Origin: the human T2T-CHM13v2.0 reference genome, Homo sapiens
Strand: one strand, 5' to 3'
Assembly (NCBI RefSeq): GCF_009914755.1
Contig: NC_060926.1
DNA: 64,000 nucleotides
Positions 53,521-64,000 of the stretch are shown here, one piece after another. The notes below the pieces were generated by a model. That model worked only from the letters and a program-made list of their open reading frames with translations, was not told the origin of the DNA and searched no databases. How positions within the stretch are numbered: position 1 is the stretch's first letter; every line of letters starts with the position of its first letter. The position numbers and the translations under genes were made by a program.

Positions 53521-53762
53521 TTTTTTAACTTTTTAGTTTTTTTGTAATTTTATTATTATTACACTTTAAGTTCTAGGGTACATGTGCACCACGTGCATGT
53601 TTGTTACATATGTATACATGTGCCATGCTGGTATGCTGCACCCATTAACTCGTCATTTAGCATTAGGTATATCTCCTAATGCTATCCCTCCCCACTCCCT
53701 CCACCCCACAACAGTCCCCGGTGTGTGATGTTCCCCTTCCTGTGTCCATGTGTTCTCATTGT

Positions 53763-57586
<3,824 letters not shown>

Positions 57587-57649
57587 TATGATGTTAGCTG
57601 GTGATTTTGCTTGTTAGTTGATGCAGTTTCTTCCTAGCCTTGATGGTCT

Positions 57650-58665
57650 TTACAATTTGGCATGTTTTTGCAGCGGCTGGTACCAGTTGTTCCTTTCCAT
57701 GTTTAGTGCTTCCTTCAGGAGCTCTTTTAGGGCAGGCCTGGTGGTGACAAAATCTCTCAGCATTTGCTTGTCTGTAAAGGATTTTATTTCTCCTTCACTT
57801 ATGAAGCTTAGTTTGGCTGGATATGAGATTCTGGGTTGAAAATTCCTTTCTTTAAGAATGTTGAATATTGGCCCCACTCTCTTCTGGCTTGTAGAGTTTC
57901 TGCCGAGAGATCAGCTGTTAGTCTGATGGGCTTCCCTTTGTGGGTAACCCGACCTTTCTATCTGGCTGCCCTTAACATTTTTTCCTTCATTTCAACTTTG
58001 GTGCATCTGACAATTATGTGTCTTGGAGTTGCTCTTCTCGAGGAGTATCTTTGTGGCATTCTCTGTATTTCCTGAATTTGAATGTTGGCCTGCCTTGCTA
58101 GGTTGGGGAAGTTCTCCTGGATAGTATCCTGCAGAGTGTTTTCCAACTTGGTTCCATTCTCTCTGTCACTTTCAGGTACACCAATCAGGCGTAGATTTGG
58201 TCATTTCACATAGTCCCATATTTCTTGGAGGCTTTGTTCGTTTCTTTTTATTCTTTTTTCTCCAAACTTCTCTTCTTGCTTCATTTCATTCATTTCATCT
58301 TCCATCACTGATACCCTTTCTTCCAGTTGATCGCATCGGCTACTGAGGCTTCTGCATTCATCACATAGCTCTCTTGCCTTGGTTTTCAGCTCCATCAGGT
58401 CCTTTAAGGACTTCTCTGCATGAGTTACTCTAGTTATCCATTCATCTAATTTTTTTTTCAAAGCTTTTAACTTCTTTGCCATTGGTTTGAATTTCCTCCT
58501 GTAGCTCAGAGTAGTTTGATCGTCTGAAGCCTTGTTCTCTCAACTCGTCAAAGTCATTCTCCCTCCAGCTTTGTTCCATTGCTGGTGAGGAGCTGCAATC
58601 TTTTGGAGGAGGAGAGGCACTCTGATTTTTGAGTTTCCAGTTTTTCTGCTCTGTTTTTTTCCCAT
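57650..58665 (-). pseudogene. L1 ORF1p, frameshifted
   Basis: ATG at 58665; fragments EQSLQEIWDYVK, QENFPNLARQANIQIQEIQR and NFQPRISYPAKLSF...PLQKHAKL lie in different frames. Confidence 0.95.
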
Positions 58666-59702
58666 CTTGTGGTTTTATCTACCTTTGGTCTTTGATGATG
58701 GTGACGTACAGATGGGTTTTTGGTGTGGATGTCCTTTCTGTTTGTTAGTTTCCCTTCTAACAGACAGGACCCTCAGCTGCAGTTCTGTTGGAGTTTCTAG
58801 AGGTCCACTCCAGACCCTGTTTGCCTGGGTATCAGCAGCAGTGGCTGCAGAACAGTGGATATTGATGAACCACAGATGCTGCTGCCTGATTGTTCCTCTG
58901 GATGTTTTGTCTCAGAGGAGCACCTGGCCGTGTGCGGTGTCAGTCTGCCCCTACTGGGGGATGCCTCCCAGTTAGGCTGCTCAGGGGTCAGGGACCCACT
59001 TGAGGAGGTAGTCTGCTGGTTCTCAGATCTCAAGCTGCATGCTGGGAGAACCACTACTCTCTTCAAAGCTGTCAGAGAAGGACATTTAAGTCTGCAGAGG
59101 TTACTGCTGTCTTTTTGTTTTTCTGTGCCCTGCCCCCAGAGGTGGAGCCTACAGAGGCAGGCAGGCCTCCTTGAGCTGTGGTGGGCTCCACCCAGTTCGA
59201 GCTTCCCGGCTGCTTTGTTTACCTAATCAATCAAACAACTAACTCGGCAATGGCAGGCGCCCCTCCCCCAGCCTCGCTGCCTCCTTGCAGTTTGATCTTG
59301 GACTGCTGTGTTAGCAATGAGCGAGACTCTGTGGGCATAGGACCCTCTGAGCCACGTGCAGGATATAATCTCCTGGTGTGCCATTTTCTAAGCCAGTTGG
59401 AAAAGCGCAGTATTAGGGTGGGAGTGACCTGATTTTCCAGGTGCTGTCTGTCACCACTTTCTTTGACTAGGAAAGGGAATTCCCTGACCCCTTGTGCTTC
59501 CCGGGTGAGGCAATGCCTTGCCCTGCTTCGGCTCACGCACGATGCGCTGCACCCACTGTCCTGCACCGACTGTCTGGCACTTCCCAGTGAGATGAACCCG
59601 GTACCTCAGTTGAAAATGCAGAAATCACCCGTCTCTTGCATCGCTCACGCTGGGAGCTGTAGACCTGGAGCTGTTCCTATTCGGCCATCTTGGCTCCTCC
59701 CC
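58666..59702 (-). promoter_or_regulatory. L1 5' UTR with internal sense and antisense promoters; YY1 site near 59684-59693
   Basis: 'ggccatcttgg' YY1 motif is intact at the element start. Promoter function is known for this family but not shown for this copy. Confidence 0.75.
59250..59432 (+). pseudogene. L1 ORF0 (antisense), truncated at 60 codons
   Basis: MAGAPPPASLPPCSLILDCC...IRVGVT followed by TGA where the 71-aa ORF0 has Arg. Confidence 0.8.
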
Positions 59703-59814
59703 CCTACTATTCTTTAATCATGGTTTAAAAGTTAATTTCCAGGTAACTTACCAAACTAGTAAAAGACATTCATGAAAGAATATTTGGGTGAGGAAAATAA
59801 TATCTTTTGAATAG

Positions 59815-59987
59815 TTAAATTCAAATTTTAGTAAATGTAAGAATCACTGTGAAACTTGTTTAAAACATAGCCTTCCAAGCTCTTGCCCCACAAATACTGA
59901 GTTAGGGGGTCTAGAGTGATCTAAAGAATCTGAGTTTTTAAACAAGTGTCTAGGTAATTCTCATGTGGCCAAGTTCAAAAATCACTG
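59815..59987. mobile_element. MER5A-like MITE
   Basis: 'agaatcactgtgaaacttgtttaaaa...gaatctgagtttttaaacaagtgtctaggtaattct...aagttcaaaaatcactg'. Confidence 0.7.
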
Positions 59988-60087
59988 CTCAGGCTGGTAG
60001 AAATAAAACCTTTGGATATTTCCAATACATTTTTGTTGTTGTTTTGTTCAAATATCTGTAGGTATAAAAGGCACTTGCAGAATACAG

Positions 60088-60525
60088 ACTATTCATTGGT
60101 ATTTGCTGCATTATAATTCCCAAACATAATGGCTTAAAACAATAAACAAATTCTGCATCACCTGGGTGATTCTGGGCTGGGTTGGCTCACCTAGGGCTGG
60201 ATGATCTAGAACAGCCTCATGCACATGCCTTGTGGTTGGCTTGAATTCAGGTGGAGCAACAGGGATAATCTGGCCACATGTCTCATTATATAACAGGCAA
60301 GCCCATGATTCTTCACATGGTAGGTTGAGGGTTCCAAAATGTATCAAGAAAGGGCAAGCCCCAATGCACAGATACTTTTCAGGTCTCCAATTTGGCCATG
60401 TTTGCTACTGTCCCACTTCACTTAACAAGGTAAGTCATATGGGTAAGTCCAGAATCAGAATGGAAGGGAAATACGCAAGTATGTTGATTCAAGAAGGTAA
60501 ATTATTGCAGCGTTTTTGCAACAAT
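60088..60525 (-). mobile_element. MLT1H-like MaLR LTR
   Basis: 'aatggcttaaaacaataaac...ggctggatgatctagaacagcctca...gggcaagccccaatgcacagatacttttca'. Confidence 0.7.
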
Positions 60526-60599
60526 ATAATTTTCATGCTCAACTGGAAAATTCAATTGGATTCGGAGCAACTGTATGTTAGAAAAAAAATCAATGATCT

Positions 60600-60790
60600 T
60601 GTAGATCAAATACCTGAGTTAATCTAATCCCAGCATCTCACTTAGTAACTGGAAGATGGTTGTCTTTTATTTTCTCTAATTTTCATGGTCTTCATCTGTA
60701 AAATATAAATACTACTAATAATAATGTTTACTTCACAGAACTATTTAGAGAATAAATGAAGTAGTGGGTATAAGAATACTTCGTAAGCTA
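60600..60790 (+). mobile_element. MIR
   Basis: 'acctgagttaatctaatcccagc...tcttcatctgtaaaat...tacttcacagaactatttagagaataaatga'. Confidence 0.7.
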
Positions 60791-60919
60791 GAAATAGGGC
60801 AAAATTCAAAATATTTTTAGATGTGTTTGATGCGATTGTTCCTCACTCCTCCAAAAATGACTACAGTATTTATTAAATCAGTGAGCTTCCTAATATCTCT
60901 GTGACTTGATTGTTCTCAG

Positions 60920-61500
60920 TATAGCCCATCCTCAACCTGCTGTTGGAGTCATCTTCCTTTAAAACCAAACTTATCATGTCATCCAACACTTCAGTAAACC
61001 TCTGATAGCTCTCCATTTACCTACACAATATAAGCAGAATCAGCATATAAAAATGTTCCAAAAATGTTCCCAATCTGAGCTCACCTCCCTCTTTATCCAA
61101 CCTTCTTGACTGTCTATTGAATTTGGCATCATTCCCTTTATACATCAGACCATTATAATTTCAAGCTACATCCATTCTATTTCCCTCAAACTACAATTTT
61201 CTTTTACTGCATCTTCCCTTTGGCAAACTTTTACTCATCCTTTAACACCCAGATTAAATATTCCTCCCTCATTGCATGAACATTTAGTGAGCCAAGAACC
61301 TTTCTCAGCTTCTCAAATGTTAATTGTTCTGTTTTCTCTGTTCTCAAAAGACTTTGTTAATATCTCTAACACTTATCATAGTGCATTATAATTTATGTGT
61401 GTATGTTTTCTCTCTCCCCAGCTAGACAATAAACTACTCCACTACCAGAAATAGTGCAGGTTCTCAGTATTTAGTTTTGAGTAAATGAATGAATGAATGT
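60920..61500 (+). mobile_element. L2 3' region
   Basis: 'actcatcctttaacacccagattaaata', 'ctctcccccagctagac' and the terminal 'ctcagtatttagttttgagtaaatgaatgaatgaatg'. Confidence 0.75.
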
Positions 61501-61653
61501 TTGACTCCTTTATTCCTTCCCTGGCTGGCCACATTATGCTCTGAGACTTAACCAACCATACTCAACCCCCTAGATTTCTCGTTGTCAACCTGACCATAGA
61601 CACCAAAGAGTATTCTTGCCCAGTGGCCCATTCTCACATCTGGAAGCCAGTTA

Positions 61654-62028
61654 TAGTCATGCCCCACATAATGGTGTTTTGGTCAACAATGAACCTCATA
61701 TACAATAATGGTTTCGTAAGATTATAATGAAGCTGAAAAATTCCTTTTGCCTAATGATGTCATAGCCGTCATAGAGTCCCCATGCAATGCATTACTTTTT
61801 CTATGTTTAGATACACAAATACTTACCATTGTGCTACAATTGCCTACAGTATTCAGTATAGGAACATGTTTTACAGCTTTGTAGCCTAGGAGCAACAGGC
61901 TATATGCCTAGGTGTGTAGGAGGTTATACAATCTAGGTTTCTGTAAGTATACAGTAAGTATACACTATGATGTTTGTACAACATCAAAATTGACTAAACA
62001 TAGCCTCATTGTTAAGCAATGCAGATTG
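61654..62028. mobile_element. Tigger3-type (MER7) TcMar DNA transposon
   Basis: TA TSDs at 61652-61653 and 62029-62030; 'agtcatgccccacataatggtgttttggtcaac...taagattataatgaagctgaaaaattcc'. Confidence 0.85.
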
Positions 62029-62189
62029 TACTATGTCCTAACTCTCGAGTTGTCTACCAAAATTTTGACCCACTGCCTTTCCTGATCTTGTAACTATCTC
62101 ATAGAGTCATTGCATTTTTTCTGCTACCTTTGTAGTCATAGTGACACCATCCAGGTGTAATAACAATTCAAGGAATAGGGAAATAACTT

Positions 62190-62345
62190 ATTTTTTAAAC
62201 CAGCGTGCCTACCATGAACCTTATCAGAAGAATGTTTTTCCTACTGCTTTACAGCTGAAAACCATGGCTCATAGAGATTAAATAATTTACCCAGAGTCAG
62301 ATAGCTAAATATATGGTATATGGGATTTTAACCCAGTTTTGTCTG
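62190..62345 (-). mobile_element. MIR
   Basis: 'ttacagctgaaaaccatggctcatagagattaaataatttacccagagtcagatagcta...gggattttaacccag'. Confidence 0.75.
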
Positions 62346-63653
62346 ACAAAAAGGGGGAAAAAGCCTCCTTTTCTCTCTTTACCACAGTAGTTTGGCAACT
62401 TACTTATAGGCTCACATCCAGGAAAGCTTAAGCTAAAGCTGTGATTTGAGGACTAGTAAAGGTTTACACTTGCCTATTTTAACCATTAATTTATGACCTT
62501 CATACCAAGAAAAGATTTTAAGCAGTTGTAAATCAACTTAAAGCATCTAGGAAGAAAATCATGTGTTGATGGTATTATATTAATAGTTATTTTGCCTCCC
62601 AAATTTCTAGTTTATCCAATGTTTTGAGTAAATATAACAATAACAATACAAGGGTCACTTCAAACAAAAAAGTATAAAACTTCAGTCCTTCTGTTTCAAC
62701 TTGTAAGTTTAAGATTTCATCTCCTTTCTGGGCAAGAAGAAAACTTTTGTTTTTATTTTTACTAAAAATAATAATCATGGATAAAATGATACAGTTTAAA
62801 AGGATTGGCTCTTATTCCATCTTTGGAATTTCTCACTCCAGACAATCCTTTCTCTCTTGGCAAAATATGACATAATGATTTGAAAGAAAGAAAGAAAAAA
62901 CACTTAAGTGTTTCAGGCCAGAAGTTAATTGAATAAGACCTTGGATTCCGAAGAGTTTGTGTTTTATGGTTGATTAACTTGTTTTAATACCAAAAAATGC
63001 TTAGGAAACCCAATTATCATGCCACTTAATCTGAGTTATTGGCTGATTTCTGCTAGTTTCTGGATGTCTTATTGACCAAGTTCCATTTCGTACTATGATA
63101 TACAAGAGAAACTGAGCTTCAGTTTGGAAAGAAAGATTTAGGTTCAACATATGAACAATGGCCCCAAAACAGAAAGAATAAATTCTTAGATTCATAAATC
63201 GGATAACTTGAGCTTGTAATTTCCAGTTACCAACATATTCCTTGCCCGAAGAATAGGATGAACAGTGTGAGAAAATGAAGACCCTAATATTTTTCTATAC
63301 TTGGCCTATTTTTTACTAGTGTGATTATTACCACCTCATTGTTGTCTTTTCACTTGTTTAAAATAAATATGTCAAAGCCAGATGCCTGGTTATAAAGAAA
63401 GAAGGGAGAAGGGGAAATAACTGAAATCATTATACCTTATTCTGGAGCCTACTGGCAACACTATAAAGAATGACTTGCCATTGACATGCACGTGCTACTA
63501 GTTCTGTCTCTACCAAAAAAAAAAAAAAAAAAAAAAACCCTACTCTTCTATTAGCTGGCCATCTTTCTTTACATGCTGGAGGGAGGTAAGAAGCGGGGAG
63601 AAACATAGGCCTCCTAAAGGACTGTTGGAAATTCTTACATAACCCTTTAAAAT

Positions 63654-63810
63654 AAGAGTTCTTAACTTAATCTGAGCTCCACAGATGAGCTTCTAACCCA
63701 CAGTTGTTTGCAAAATCATGCTACACATTTTTCTGAGGAAAGATTTCATGAAATTTATCAGATTTTCATGAAACTCTGTGACCCATAAAAAAATAAGTTA
63801 AGAACCAGTG
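63654..63810. mobile_element. Charlie4z-like hAT MITE
   Basis: TIR-like ends 'gagttcttaac' and 'gttaagaaccagtg'; internal 'tttatcagattttcatgaaactctgtgaccca'. Confidence 0.6.
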
Positions 63811-63814
63811 CTCC

Positions 63815-64000
63815 AGCTGAGCTCAGTGGCTCATGCCTGTAATCCTAGCACTTTGGGAGGCCGAGGCAGGTGGATTGCCCAAGCTCAGCACTTCAAGACC
63901 AGCCTGGGCAATACAGTAAAACCCCGTCTCTACTAAAATACAAAAAATGAGCTGGGTGTGGTGGTGTGTGCCTGTAGTCCCAGCTACTTGGGAGGCTGAG
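63815..64000 (+). mobile_element. AluS, cut off by the window end
   Basis: Left monomer, A-rich linker and the start of the right monomer. Confidence 0.92.

Overview
This is AT-rich, gene-poor primate DNA, intergenic or deep intronic. An L1PA2-type copy points to human or another African great ape. I find no supportable protein-coding exon, RNA gene or CpG island; every recognisable ORF in the track is a retroelement fragment or noise. The window is a layered record of transposons: an ancient L1M on the minus strand (about 0.25-5.9 kb) interrupted by THE1D, a TSD-flanked L1MA1/2 (11.9-18.2 kb) with a nested AluY, truncated L1PA7, L1PA13-15 and L1PA2 3' ends, a full-length but inactivated L1PA3/4 (53.5-59.7 kb), MaLR/ERVL solo LTRs, DNA transposon relics, MIR and L2. 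Subfamily names come from recalled consensus motifs, not a database search. I see no evidence for a new biological system. The best non-routine observations are: (1) the full-length L1PA carries a roughly 370-bp 3' transduction inside its TSDs; (2) a roughly 410-bp unrecognised, A-tailed, TSD-flanked insert splits the old L1 at 2.3-2.7 kb; (3) a roughly 135-bp degenerate palindrome at 22.0-22.1 kb; (4) a 21-nt RT-domain patch sits in the endonuclease region of the L1MA; (5) the young L1PA2 lacks a TSD.
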